A DNA stretch of 64,000 nt from Amoebophrya sp. A120 (Eukaryota > Protista > Dinoflagellata). Below, piece after piece: positions 24,503 through 37,068 of the stretch. The stretch is taken from NCBI GenBank assembly GCA_905178155.1, contig CAJINV010000002.1, positions 7,346,743-7,410,742 of the forward strand, read 5' to 3'. The translations under genes and the position numbers were made by a program. Numbering within the stretch: the first letter of the stretch is position 1; every line of letters begins with the position of its first letter. The notes beneath the pieces are model-generated. The model worked only from the letters and a program-made list of their open reading frames with translations. It did not search any database and was not told the origin of the DNA.

Positions 24503-27500
24503 ATGACTCAATTGCAGCATCAGGCGGGAGCACCGCCATTGCCGCAGGGACTTCGATGTTCTCGTTATGCTCTTTATTTCTTCTCCCGATGGCTGCAGTG
24601 CTTGTTCCTCACCTTTCTCAGCACCTCCTTCTGCTCGGCGCCAACAAGATTCTTGGTTCACGGTTTGAACTGGCTTTCCTTGCCCGATTTTGATTGCCGG
24701 GAGAATAACGGAGACTTTGACTACCTCGACTTCACCAACAAGCACGGTGCGGTCGGCACCAAGTTTAGCCTGTTGTGGGAGCAGGCAGGGGAGAGCGAGA
24801 AGCTGGTGAGAGTGAGAGAGGAGCAGGAAGCCTCTCCTTTCTCTTCTGAACAAGATTCCGCACGACCGCCAACGGACCGGGTCGCGATTTTCGCGAAACT
24901 TCTGCGGGAAAAGGTGCTCGTCCCAGCGTCCGAATCGCTGCGCCTGTTCGACCCGGAGTACAACAAAAAACAGCTCTGGCGGCAATGCCCATACGCGGTT
25001 TTGCTGCAGGAATTTGCGCAGCGGATTTTCTGCCTGGCGCTGCTGGAAGATCGTTCTGGAGGTGGAACAGGAAGAGGAGCAGCCGCTGCGCTACAAGACG
25101 CTACTGGTAAAAATGCAGACCCGGCACACCTTTCGAATGAAGTCGCGCAATTGAGACGGAAGTGCCAGTCCCCTGAAACCAAGTTGCAGGGCTTCTTCGA
25201 AGAACTCCTTCAGAAATACACGCTGCCTCCCTTGCTAAACAGTGAGTACATGCACTTGCTCAATGTTTACGCGGCTTTCGGACGGGTAATTGGCAAGTAT
25301 GCCGTATTCCACATAAAATTTCATTTACCAGCACCATACATTGGTGATGGTGCCCATGCACATATAGTTTTTAGTACTCATAGCTACAGGTTGAACAGGA
25401 CTGCAAAGTACATGGAAGTCGCACGACAGCATCCGGTCGTGCAGTTGCAGACGCAAAAAGAATTCTTTGCGTCTTTTCCCAAGCTCCAGCATGCAGCGCA
25501 TGAATATTGGCATTGGATGAGGCTGATGGTGCTGGTATCCTTTCCAAGAGGATAGCCCAGGCCACGAATGGATAGGACAGAGCTGGTAGGACGGCAATCA
25601 GATGAAGACGAAAACAGTATTGATGCCGCCCCGTCGTCCCCTCTCGCAGCTGCTGCTGGAGCTTCTCCCGCGAATTTCGACATAGATCGCGTCCTGGATT
25701 GCAAGAACATCCCACACAGCGAGCAGCTCTTTGACTGGGAGGATTTCTTAAAAGGTATACGTCACTTTTTTCGTTTACTTGCATGCATTCCACCATGGAA
25801 TCGAGCCACCATCTTCTAAACAACACTGCTACAGTTGTTGGTCAGTGTCGCGTGCTCCTGTTCTTCTTCTTGAAAAGAGATCAAACAAAACAGAGGTTTT
25901 TCGTCCGGCAAAGATTTCGTCCGCGGAACGCAGAAGTACGTCTGGCGCTCGGTGTTCAAAGACCTCGAGCAGTATTATTTCCAGTGTCCGCTTGGGCTAC
26001 TGACGTTGCTGCTCGTGCGGATGATGGTCGCGTCCAAAGCCACCTCAGACCAGTACCTGCTGTTCGAGTCCCTGCTGCTGTTCTACCTGAAACGCCTACC
26101 GGAGCAGCTGGAAGCGCTCGTGGATTCTCGTGCTAGTACGTCAGCGCAGGTAGAAGGAAGATCACACCAACGTCATGAAGATGAACAATCGACGCACGTG
26201 GGGGATAGGGATAGCACCACCGGCGAAAACCGGCACCAGCTGACCGACGTGCAACATGAAAGGACAATACAAAATACTTCTGGAGTAGATCTGATTCCCG
26301 ACCTGCTCACAATCCTGTTTATCACTGAGTGGGTTCCGCTGGACGTTTTGACTCTCATCGGCCGCCACACCAGTCAGCGCACGGCCGACGGGAAAATTAC
26401 GTACCAGAACAAGCCGTACTCCTTGGACTTCCACCGAAAAGAGTTCTTGCTGTACTACGACAACGAGGAGGCTGAGGAGGAGGATGGAGAGTCGAAGGAA
26501 ATAACCGGGTGGAGGGACTGGTTTCACTTCCGCCTCGACGACGGGACGGACCCGTCGACGAGGACGTCAACATTCGGAATCTCCGGCGAAGATGCAGGAG
26601 TGGTCGGCCAAAATTTGCAACTGACGGACGAGCAAGCTGTCGCTGAATTCGAAGAGGAAATCGTGTTTGTTTCGAAGAACGTCCTAGTGGTTCCTGATGA
26701 CTTTTCTCGACGACCGGTTCCAGCTGGTGGACTGAGACAAGAAGTAGATCAAAGCAGCGGTAGCACGACCTCCGCTCGTCTATCATCTTCACATCTGCAA
26801 GACGGCTCGCCCTCTAGATCGAAAGGGGGAGATCTAGATCCAGGACCTGCGCTCTCTCCATCCTCCTTCGAAGAGGCTCTAGCGACCGCCTTTCCGCTGC
26901 AGCACCAGGAAACACCAGAGCGAGGTGACCCGAAAAAATTCAAGCACCATACACGCATCTACTCGACGAGCTACAATCCACTGGTCATGCCTGGAGAGGA
27001 GCAGGCCGCTGCTTCTAGGGATTTTTCTGAGGACACACTGGAGCAGGACGTCGTATCTGACACCGATGCTGGTCCGCGAACCTCTCCGCTACTTTCCACC
27101 TCTTGCGCTAACTCACAGTCTGTGTCTGGCAGTGCAGCCACTGAATCTGTCTGCAGCAACGCGGAGAGCGTTCGGGGCTCCTTCGTGGTAGAGCCAGCTG
27201 GGGGATTCTACGGCAAGGAGCTGGTGGTGCTGGGTGCCGCTGAACAAGATCCAGTGGCTGAAAGAGAACTTCAACAGGAAGAGTTTCCTCTTGAACGCCT
27301 TCGAGAAAAAAAATTAGCACCCGGCACCACGCACTTTTTCAACCTTTCCTGGCGACAGCATTTTCAGCTGCTGCAGCAGTACGCCAAGAATATTCAAAAA
27401 TCCCTCGCCTTGTACAATTACACGTTTTTCTCCCTGCTTGCAGGCCTGCAGCTCATCTTGGAATTGTACCAACTGAAGGAAGAGGAACAATTGTTTGGGA

Positions 27501-28858
27501 CAGTAGGGGAAGATGAGGAGGCAACAACTTCAGCCGGGGTAGTTGCTCAAGCGGAAGCCGAACAAACACCAGCAGAACCAGAAGGGCCAGAAGCAGGACA
27601 GAAACAGGACATAGGCGATTCGCAAGTAGAGGTAGATGTAGATAAACTTCAACACGCGAGGAAGACCATGACGCACAGCAACTATGCCAGCAACACTGCT
27701 GGCCACTTCGAGAACGATCAGTTACTGGAAGCTCTTTTCGAGGACGATAGCGGAAGTGCATCTTCAACCGCAGCATCCTTTTCCTTGTCAAAGCAACGCG
27801 TCGATGAAAAAATAAAAATCGAAGATGAGGTAACGAGCAACAAGAAGAGAACCACCACCACGCCGAGGAGAACTACCAAGCGAACACCTGACTCAACACC
27901 ACCACCCGCGCGTCCGAAGCGCCGCCTGATCCCCCGGGTCCACGTGACGATTCTGTGGGGGGAGCGATTGTCGAAGTACTTAAAGAATTTCCTGAAGCGC
28001 GCCAAGGCCTTCGACCTGGACTGGCGGTTCTTCGTGTTTGCGCTCGACGAAGTGGCCTACGAGAGCTGCAAAGTGGCTCGCAGTTCGGGCGACGTCTTCG
28101 ATAGTCGGATCAACCAAAATCTGCTCTGCATCGAGGGCTCGCGAAAGACGATCTACAACAAGTACGTCATCTCTTCCGTAATCAACCGGCTCGGCTTTGA
28201 CGTGGTCTACCAGGATTTTGACACTGTGTTCCTGAAAGACCCGAATCCGCTTTTTGACCGGTACCACTTCGATCCCTCCATCGACATCGTCACGGGCCGT
28301 GACTTCGGGGTGAACTGCGCGAACACCGGGGTTCTGCTGTTCAAGGCCACGCCGGCCACACAGCTGTTTCTGCAAAATTGGCTGGTCTGGACCTGGTGGC
28401 ACCCCTACGAGTTCTCCCAAAAAACCTTCTCGTCCTTTTTCGACATCGAGAAGACGGCGATGCGCAACCGCAGCCCCCCGGGACCGGGGTTCTATCCGGA
28501 TACCGCGGTGCGGAAACCCCGCCTGAAGTTTTTCGAGTCCATCAACACGGTGGTGACACAGCTGGTCTACGGGGACGCGGAGGGCTGGTATGGGGCGATC
28601 GAGAATATTGTCATCTTCCACTTCGTCGACGGCACCGGTGGCGTGGACGAGACTCTCGCGGTGCAGGGCCGGTACGTCAACGCCTTTGACGTGTTTTACG
28701 ACAACGAAAACTTGGACCTACTCGACCCGCAGACGCCCCTGCACGTGCAGGACCAGTCCGGCGGTCTGGCGCAATTTCTCCTGCGCAGTCGGCACGCAAA
28801 GCCGCCGGAACGACCGCTGAAACAGTGCGTGCTCTACATCAGCACGGAAGATCCGTAG
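24503..28858 (+). CDS. Protein with C-terminal nucleotide-diphospho-sugar transferase (GT77-like, GT-A fold) domain; at least 2 introns (one within ~25242-25580, one GT-AG at 25755-25895)
   Basis: Motifs FFVFALDE..Y..C, LGFDVVYQDFDTVFLKDP (DxD), NCANTGVLLFKAT and IFHF. The GT-AG intron joins DWEDFLK|GFSSGKD in frame. Whether the N-terminal ORF belongs to this gene is less certain. Confidence 0.7.
25298..25574. mobile_element. Candidate degenerate introner
   Basis: TAT...ATA ends and an internal 12-bp inverted repeat TACCAGCACCAT/ATGGTGCTGGTA. Element + 5 nt = 282 nt, which removes an in-frame TAG. The flanking repeat is poor (GCAAG/GGACA), and a GT-AG intron at 25242-25580 fits equally well. 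Confidence 0.45.
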
Positions 28859-29535
28859 AGGTGCGCATGCTGGTGGTCGAAGTTCGTTGCGTTACAGTCT
28901 GTAGTTGTTACTGCAGAGGAAAAGTTGAAGAACTATCGGAGAATGCAGGAACCATGAGAGGATAGAAACATGTCTGTCATAAAGTGATCTGCATCCGCAT
29001 ATAATGCAGCTTGCTCGCCCCTGTCGAGCGGCAGCGATTGCAGTGTCCTCCGTTGTTCGTCGTGTTATTTTTTGTTTTCACTCTTTCCTTGCTACGTGCA
29101 CTTCGACTTTGCACTACACCTTGGGACTGGCACCGTGACGCAATTTGAGGGGCGGGCGAAAGACCCCATCTATGAGTCGCAGCTCCATGATATTCAGTTT
29201 CTGAAACTTCTTCACGAGAGCCAGTGGTCCCCAGGAAAAAGAATCTACTAGGCATCGTTCCTCCGGTGCCACGACTTGCGAGGAAATTATGAGCACCCGT
29301 GCAAAAGTTAATACGGTACTACTAGGAGGTAGCGATTTTTAAACGAATTTGCGCAAGACCCTTTTGGTACTTCTAGCAGCAATGTAGGATTTGAAAATTA
29401 TCTAATATGCTACTCCATCTATTTCTACCAATCTCTTCATTGCTCTATTGTGTTTGGTAAAAAGACGCGCACTTATTCTTGCGACGCGCATGCTCCCTCC
29501 GAGGCTGCTTGTGCATAAGTTGACGCGAAGCCATC

Positions 29536-32500
29536 ATGGTCGGGAAATTTGCCGGCGGCACTCGAACGAGCACACCGACGTTCCGCATAAATCTCGCAGC
29601 GGACGACGAACAGGATTCGGACGTGCAAAACCAAGACCACCAGGAAGCTGCTGACTACAGCCGCGTTATCGACACGGCCCCTACTTCATCAGATGTTGAT
29701 GCAAACGTTGACATCCGGCACCGTGCGGAAGTGCAAGTACTACCGCGCGGAGTTTCACGCACACGTATGTCGCAGGAAAGAACAAATCTTGATTATCAAC
29801 AAGTTGAATCGGAAGCGCCGGATCGCGAAGCTTACGTCGAGCACTCCTACCCCCGCCGGATCGGGTCGGAAAAGGATTCGTCCCTTTCAGATTCAGACTT
29901 TGCAGAAGAAGACTTTCAGGATGAAGTAGAGGTAGGCGCTCCGATTATTAGCGTACTTCAAGAGTTCTCTGAACTGAGTCGCCGTCAACAAGCTCGCGGA
30001 AGAAGGCACGAGGAACCGGCTCCACGAAGCAAACACCCATCTTCCGTTGCACCAGACGCACAGCTTGCGCTTGGTCTGCCTGTCGCGCCCGTGTCTGCCG
30101 TCGACCTCTTTGACGATATTGAACAACCGAGTGCGCCCAGTACTAGCCTTGGGAAAGCTGATGTGATCTGCGCAGCGCGGGCGAATGGCGACGATGAGGC
30201 GGTCGATATTTTTTCATCTTCGTCCTCATCAACTCAAGTACATGATAAAGTCAAACACTGCGCCGTCGCTAGTAGAGGAGCTGCTGGCCCCGCCCCGGCG
30301 ACTGCTTTTACCACCAGAACAAGTTCGGCTCAACTCATTTGGAAGAGGATTGCGATTGACAAGCACAAAAGAAACCGGGAAGATCGAAAAAGGGCAGGCG
30401 GTGGTAGAGAAAACATCAACGAGAAAAATCTTCCCAGCAATGAACGACAAGTACTGGCCTCGCGAGGACACTCGTTTCTCGATCGGTCTCCGGACAATTT
30501 TGGATCGTGCCAGGACGAACAGCGCCGGAACTGTCGCCATCTTGATTCTCCCTCACCCTGCTCCACAGCAAAAACTACATCTCGTGCCAAAACTAAGCAC
30601 CTGTCCCTTTCCAGCTGGGAGCAGCGCTTACAGAAGAAAGAAGCGGAACTGCAAGCCCGCGAACGGGCATTCGACCAGCGGGTGGCGAGGGAGCAAGGGG
30701 TGGTGGTGGCGCACGACTGTACATCCAACACTAACCCTGCGCAGCGAGAGCCCAGTCCGCCGAAGCAACTGGTGGGGCGTCGGGTTCCAAAAAAAATGCC
30801 GGTAGGTAGTTCGTCTCGTAGACCCGCTTTCTCCACGGTTTCCTCCCCCACAACCTCCACCTTGACCAGCTCCTGGTCGTACTCGTCTACTCCCTCGATC
30901 GGGGACCAGAATGCCCAGGCCGCCCTCCGATTGTTGAAGAAAACGTACCAAAGCAGTAGTCCTCGACTAGTACACCAACGTCTTGAAGAGCAGACTGCGC
31001 CAAGAGTAAGGGAAAGGGCTGCAGCCGCTGCACCAGACACACTGCACAACAAGGCGAAGCATTCGACAGCGCAAACCCAAAGTAGCACCAGAGTCAAATA
31101 TGTCGATCCAGCGGCTCCAGCTGGATGGCGACCAGCAGTTGCGCCTAGTAGTTCCTCTTCCGTGGGAAATGAACGAACCACGCGACAAGTTCCAGGAGAA
31201 CGACCTTTCGTTTTCAACCCAGACACCCGGACGGGGTTTGCGGGGGAGTATGGCGTTGCTCTTGCTGTGCCGACTGCTGTATCAAAGAGAATGACCGGAC
31301 CCGCTGAAAAAAAGAGCTGCTCGCAGATGAACCACACCGGGACTAGCAGTAGCAGCGCAAGGGTACAGCTGCTGCAGCAGAGGCCACCAAGACCACAGCG
31401 AGCGCATCGCTCGGCACAGAGTCGCACCGCAGGTACGTGGTCAGAACAAGGGAAGAATGCCAATACAGTGCTTCATGCGGGCTGTACAACTCAAGCGGCG
31501 CCATCGCCAAATAGCACCAGCACTACGACCAGGATAGTGCTCCATTCACCACTGTCGTCGAATGGGAATGCTGCAGGTAATAAAAACGCCACTGATACTA
31601 CTGCTGCTGCTGCCCCATCATCAGCAACACGGCAGCGGCAAAACGAAGAGGAAGTACGACCACCAGCAGACTCATTACCTACCCGACCTGCAAAGACCAT
31701 ACCGAGAGCTTCTGCCGTCCTGCGACGAGCGGCGTTGGAAGAGTTTCGAAAAGACTGTCGACCCGACACGGACGCCGCACCATGGGAACAAAGCGGAGAA
31801 AAAGTAGAATCCTGGTGCTCATCAACATTAACCGCATCTTCGTCAGCAACATCCTCTGGCGTAGCTGCTCCGATTGGAGGTACGTCTGCTCGGATGAACC
31901 TAGAGAAGTTGGCACCGTCAGTTCTGGACGGCAACGGCATAAAGAGCTACATGCACTTCGAAAAGGACAACAGGAGCTGCAACCGTAGCCGCAGCGCCGT
32001 CGGAACTGAAAAAGAAAAAATCACAACAATAACTTCCGCATCTTTTCAATTGTCCCTCGCTAACGAGAAGACAGCAGTAGGCCCGAGGACTACAAGTGAA
32101 AAAACCAACGCCCTGGGGAAACTACATCACCCGCGGACCATGACGGCATATCTGATGCAGAAGCTGCTCGACCAAAGATTGTCCAACGAGGTCGACAAGC
32201 AGACTTTGATCGTGAGTAAACGCATCAAGTCCACCTACGCGCGACAGCGCATGCTGACGACGGCCTACAGGAAGCATCCTTGTGCGGTGGGCGTGGCGCT
32301 GGCGGCGACAGGTAAAACTGGCCAAGAACAAAGAAGCGTCCGACGCAACACAGACACGCACGCACCAACATGGAATCCGAAGCGCGAGAAGTTCAGCGTG
32401 GACATCAATGCGGCCAGCAACAGCACAAGGCCCAGTAGAAATTCGCGGGGTTCTACTGGAAAAGCTCCGCGCGCCTCGCCAATCACGTTAGATCTCTGCA

Positions 32501-32751
32501 GCGAGGCCGAGGTAGAAGATCTTCACGGCGCTGGGGACGGTATAATAAAGGAAGAGCGCAAAAAAAAAGCAGGAACAGCCTTTGCTTTTGGATTGAAAGA
32601 CAGGGCGGGGGGCGCGCAGCAGGCACGAGAAAAGAGTGTCCGAACTAGCGCAATAAGCGCTTCTACGAAGATGAAAACAAGTAATACGCAGGGCAATTAC
32701 CTGCAGCAGATGGAAGATGCCCTGCTGCGGCGACGTTTCAAAAGAAAATAA
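29536..32751 (+). CDS. Hypothetical low-complexity, basic S/T/R-rich protein (1071 aa) with a short coiled coil
   Basis: Single long ORF; no recognised domain. Confidence 0.6.
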   Translation: MVGKFAGGTRTSTPTFRINLAADDEQDSDVQNQDHQEAADYSRVIDTAPTSSDVDANVDIRHRAEVQVLPRGVSRTRMSQERTNLDYQQVESEAPDREAYVEHSYPRRIGSEKDSSLSDSDFAEEDFQDEVEVGAPIISVLQEFSELSRRQQARGRRHEEPAPRSKHPSSVAPDAQLALGLPVAPVSAVDLFDDIEQPSAPSTSLGKADVICAARANGDDEAVDIFSSSSSSTQVHDKVKHCAVASRGAAGPAPATAFTTRTSSAQLIWKRIAIDKHKRNREDRKRAGGGRENINEKNLPSNERQVLASRGHSFLDRSPDNFGSCQDEQRRNCRHLDSPSPCSTAKTTSRAKTKHLSLSSWEQRLQKKEAELQARERAFDQRVAREQGVVVAHDCTSNTNPAQREPSPPKQLVGRRVPKKMPVGSSSRRPAFSTVSSPTTSTLTSSWSYSSTPSIGDQNAQAALRLLKKTYQSSSPRLVHQRLEEQTAPRVRERAAAAAPDTLHNKAKHSTAQTQSSTRVKYVDPAAPAGWRPAVAPSSSSSVGNERTTRQVPGERPFVFNPDTRTGFAGEYGVALAVPTAVSKRMTGPAEKKSCSQMNHTGTSSSSARVQLLQQRPPRPQRAHRSAQSRTAGTWSEQGKNANTVLHAGCTTQAAPSPNSTSTTTRIVLHSPLSSNGNAAGNKNATDTTAAAAPSSATRQRQNEEEVRPPADSLPTRPAKTIPRASAVLRRAALEEFRKDCRPDTDAAPWEQSGEKVESWCSSTLTASSSATSSGVAAPIGGTSARMNLEKLAPSVLDGNGIKSYMHFEKDNRSCNRSRSAVGTEKEKITTITSASFQLSLANEKTAVGPRTTSEKTNALGKLHHPRTMTAYLMQKLLDQRLSNEVDKQTLIVSKRIKSTYARQRMLTTAYRKHPCAVGVALAATGKTGQEQRSVRRNTDTHAPTWNPKREKFSVDINAASNSTRPSRNSRGSTGKAPRASPITLDLCSEAEVEDLHGAGDGIIKEERKKKAGTAFAFGLKDRAGGAQQAREKSVRTSAISASTKMKTSNTQGNYLQQMEDALLRRRFKRK

Positions 32752-34227
32752 AGTTTCACATCAATCACATCGTTTCGACATTTGAATGATGCTTTTTCGC
32801 GAAGTGGTTGAAAGTTTCAAGGTACAGCTAATTCCCCCAGTACTGCAGTCTGTGTGGATCCATATCCATCTGGATACAAAGATACAGTTTTGAAAGATCA
32901 AGCATAGAGTCTGGACGCCGGCACCTCCCTTGAGAAAGTTGAATAAACCGAAACACTCTTTGAGATCCATTTTGCACGAGGTGTTGTCCTCGAAGACGAT
33001 GCGTTACTAGTCAGTGTTCCTTGCTGTCCGCGCAGGATTTGTTTGCATGTATTTTCTCGAACTCGAATGCTAACTACTGGTAATGACAGTTGCAATTCTA
33101 GTTAACTTACTCCGACGCTTGATTCCTCGAGCCACGCGCACCTGTTTACTCAGACACTGCCAAAGCTTCGCTACGCATCACCGCACGACTTCTTCGACGA
33201 ACAATCCTTGATCTTGATAGATTCTACAATGTGCGACTACTTGCCGAGTCCTTTGATAGGCGATCCAAATCTATCACCACAATTTGTAGTTTGATGATGA
33301 TGACGTTGGTCTTGACGTCGAAGTGTTTTTGTTCACATAAGCGATACTAAATAGAGAACTAAAAGACGACTCGACTTGTGTTTGCAGGGCTAGATGACGA
33401 CAACACCTTTTTTACTCCATATTCATCCTATTTTTACCATTGTAATTCCCTGACCTCGTTGCGACGTAAGTATAGAACAAGTAGCGAAGCCTAAGTAGCG
33501 AAGTCATGGCTTCTAATCATGATCATGATCTTCCCTTTCAAAATAAAAAGCACGTGAGTATTCGCTTAGAGAGGTTACACTCGTAGTTCCCCGAGATCGG
33601 CACCATAAAGATTTTTTTTAGCCATGAGTATCATTACCAAGTCTTGTCCCGCCTCCAACAATTTGTTTCACCCGCGGACCACAGAGTAGTTGTCACCACG
33701 TGAACCCCCGCTTTGGACGACGAAAAGAGACGACCACTGGGCGACCGGGCAACGCCAGCGCTCAAAACAGCCACTTCCCAGCAACGACTGATCGCAGTAC
33801 TGACGAACGGCGACAGTGCGTGCGACGCAAGAACAGTCCCATACTGAAAAATACATTACCCGTCGCCAGAACTAGGGAGCCTGGAGCTCGAGCGACAACT
33901 TACCATCACGGCCAGTTCAGAAACAACAACGATTTAATCGGTCTTTTCCCCCCATCGCAGTGTTGGGACCGCAAGTTCAAGTGCTGGCAGAAAGCTACTA
34001 TCCTGCTTGTCATCTTCACTGCTCTTTCTTCGCCTTCCACCCCGCGACTTGCTTTGTCCTCCGAACAGCAAGTTTAGAACGCGCAAAAGATTGCGCTCAC
34101 CAGAGCAGATCAACGATTTCTCCTTCTCCAGGAAGAGAACCACCAGTATCACCAAGCGACGGTACCAGACGACACCGGAAAACGGCTAAAACCCGAAGTT
34201 TAATATCTTCCCCTTTCGTAGAGCAAA

Positions 34228-37068
34228 ATGGACAGCGCAGGTAATGTGATAAAGAAGGGCCCGGCGGCCGAAGAGGACGAGCCGGAAGTGCAGCCTCTGG
34301 ATGAAGACGACATTGAAATTCTCAGAAATTACGGCCTCGGCCCGTACACCGTACCAAACAAAAATGTGGAAGGTATAAAACATACATGCGAAGTTCATTT
34401 TGTTTCATTGGAGGTTCGAGATAGTTTGCTTTTGCTCGATGCATGAAACCAAATTTGGATCGAAGCTTCAATCTGTGAATTGCCCCGCCCGCTTTGATCT
34501 CTTTTGTCTACTTCCTCTTGAAGTCCATTCGTACATACGTGTTGCATTTTCAGAAAAAAAATTACCATCAAACTTTGATTAACATTGACGCAACAGGTGG
34601 CGTGAAAGACTACCTGAAGAGGATAAACAAAATTATCGGCATCCGCGAGTCCGACACCGGATTGTGCCCCCCAAGTCAGTGGGATTTGGCCGGCGATCAG
34701 CAGATGATGAAGCAGGAGCAGGCACTGCAAGTTGCAAGGTGTACCAAAATTATCGACGCCGGGACAGACGACGCGAGGTACTATCTACTCATGAATGACA
34801 ATTTTATCAGATTCTTTAGCAGGTCGCGCCTTAGTGACTCTGCATGCAAAATTTGAATTTCGCACACAAACAGAAAAAACAAAACATTCACACCAATTGC
34901 AAACCCTGATTAATATTGAATGCCCGTGGTCGACAGGTATATGATTAAGATCCGGGAGTTTGCGAAGTTTGTGGTCGGGCTGGGCGAAAAACTCTCTGCC
35001 GCGGACGTCGAGGAAGGAATGCGGGTTGGTGTGGACACTAGTCACGGCGGCAAATACCGGATTCAAATCCCGCTACCCCCAAAAATTGATCCCACGGTCA
35101 CCATGATGACGGTGGAAGAAAAGCCCGACGTCACCTACGCAGACATAGGCGGGTGCAAAGAACAGCTGGAAAAACTGCGAGAGGTAATTATAACCCATCT
35201 ACTTCTCATGATAAGCAGCAGCATCGTTGGCGTGCTAAATGCTATCTCATTTCAGCGCTTTTCTTGGCACCGTGCACGTGAAAATCATCGTCAGTGGCCA
35301 ACAAAGAAGCTGATCAAGTTCGAGAATTGTTCCTGCAAAAATGAAAGTGTATCTTGATCTTCCAAATTGACGCATGAGATAAACCCTCTCTTCACAGGTA
35401 GTTGAAATGCCTCTGCTGTCACCCGAACGCTTCGTGGCATTGGGTATTGATCCGCCAAAGGGGGTGCTGCTGTGGGGCCCGCCCGGCACGGGGAAGACCC
35501 TGACCGCGCGAGCCGTGGCCAACAGAACAGACGCCTGCTTCATCTGCGTCATCGGTTCCGAGTTAGTCCAAAGGTATTTTTATCGTGTTAGAACAATGAT
35601 TTTTTTAAACCAGGTTTCTTTGCATAGCTGCTGCTGCAGGCTCAGACGATTATGAGCGAAGATGACAGTCATACCTACGGATGATGTCCGCATTATAGCA
35701 TCCGCATCGCCTCCGGACGAAACATAAACAAACTCCCTGCACAGGTACGTCGGTGAGGGTGCGCGCATGGTGCGCGAGCTGTTTGCGCTGGCGAAATCGA
35801 AGAAAGCGTGCATTCTTTTCATCGACGAGGTCGACGCGATCGGCGGCTCGCGCGACGAGGGTGGCGACAACGAGGTGTCACGAACAATGTTGGAAATCGT
35901 GAACCAACTGGACGGCTTTGAGTCCCGCGGCAACGTGAAAGTCCTGATGGCGACCAACCGACCGGATACTCTGGATCCCGCGCTGCTGCGACCGGGCCGA
36001 CTGGACCGCAAGGTCGAGTTCGCCGTGCCGGACCTCGAGGGCCGCTATCAGAGTGCACAACTCTTCCTTCGTTTCGTTTGTCATGTGAAATATGCACTAC
36101 TTTTGGATTTGGAACTTTGCGCATGAAAACATTCACAAGCAGGACCAGGATGTCAAAGACGACTGAAGTCCACTCTCTTGCTCGGATTCGTTGCGCAATA
36201 CGACCACTACCAGCACTAGAAACTCAAACTCCTGCTTGTATGAAGGATTTATCGTCGGCGCATCTGTTGCTGCGGCAGTTATACAGGACAATTGAACGGA
36301 GCGCGGGGGTTGTGCACTCTCATAGCCGGGCTCACATTTTCAAAATCCACGCGCGCACCATGAGCATGGAAAAGAACATCCGTTTCGAGCTCCTGGCAAG
36401 GCTCTGCCCAAACGCAAGTGGCGCAGAACTGAGAAGTGTCTGCACGGAAGGTAATAATACAGGCCCTTTTGCTCGCCGATTTTCATCGTGGCTATTTTAT
36501 TTGTGCAGCAACAGATAGATGATCATCTTCGGATTTTTCCCTGCTCTATTCGAATTCATCTCGTTGCACTGCATATTTTGTTGGAGCATCACCTTTTCGT
36601 TTTCTTCTCTCGGGGTGGAGGACGAGTGTTTTTGGGATACAACACTACACACAACCGAAAACGAAAAATCACATCAACAGCTGGTATGTACGCGATCCGA
36701 GCTAGAAGGAAGATGATCAGCGAGAAGGACATGATTTATCCAGCCGAAAAGTGCGCAGTGTCATTTGACGTACGTTACAGGAATTGCATAAATGTTTTGC
36801 AGTGCTGTTTAAGTTTATACTTCCAGAGGATTCTGATTCAAGTTCAACCGAAACAAATGAACCACGCACCGGCTGCGCGATCTCTTGCTCACACTGCAAA
36901 TATGCGCACGCACTGTCGAAAACTTGAAGATTTTTTATGTTGCATCAAAAGCAGAAACTTACAAATAGCACGAGCACTTTTTGGCCTGATATGCTCGAGG
37001 CGATCAACAAGGTGATCAAGGGGTACGCGAAGTTTTCCGCCAATGCCAAGTACATGGTCTACAACTAG
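34228..37068 (+). CDS. RPT1: 26S proteasome regulatory AAA-ATPase subunit 7 (RPT1/PSMC2). GT-AG introns 34373-34596, 34778-34936, 35184-35397, 35574-35744, 36451-36680, plus two introners
   Basis: [78 protein letters not shown], and C-terminus [20 protein letters not shown]. The start codon is uncertain. Confidence 0.95.
36046..36324. mobile_element. Introner in RPT1
   Basis: GCCGC/GCCGG flanks; TIR TATCAGAGTGCACAAC / GTTGTGCACTCTCATA. Removal gives [12 protein letters not shown]. Confidence 0.92.
36737..36991. mobile_element. Introner in RPT1
   Basis: TGATT/TGCTC flanks; TIR TATCCAGCCGAAAAGTGC / GCACTTTTTGGCCTGATA. Removal gives [11 protein letters not shown]. Confidence 0.9.

Noticed and set aside
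30330-31463. Long minus-strand ORFs (also 11924-12877, 8627-9385, 22180-22914)
   Set aside because: They are antisense shadows of GC-rich plus-strand coding sequence with no recognisable motifs.
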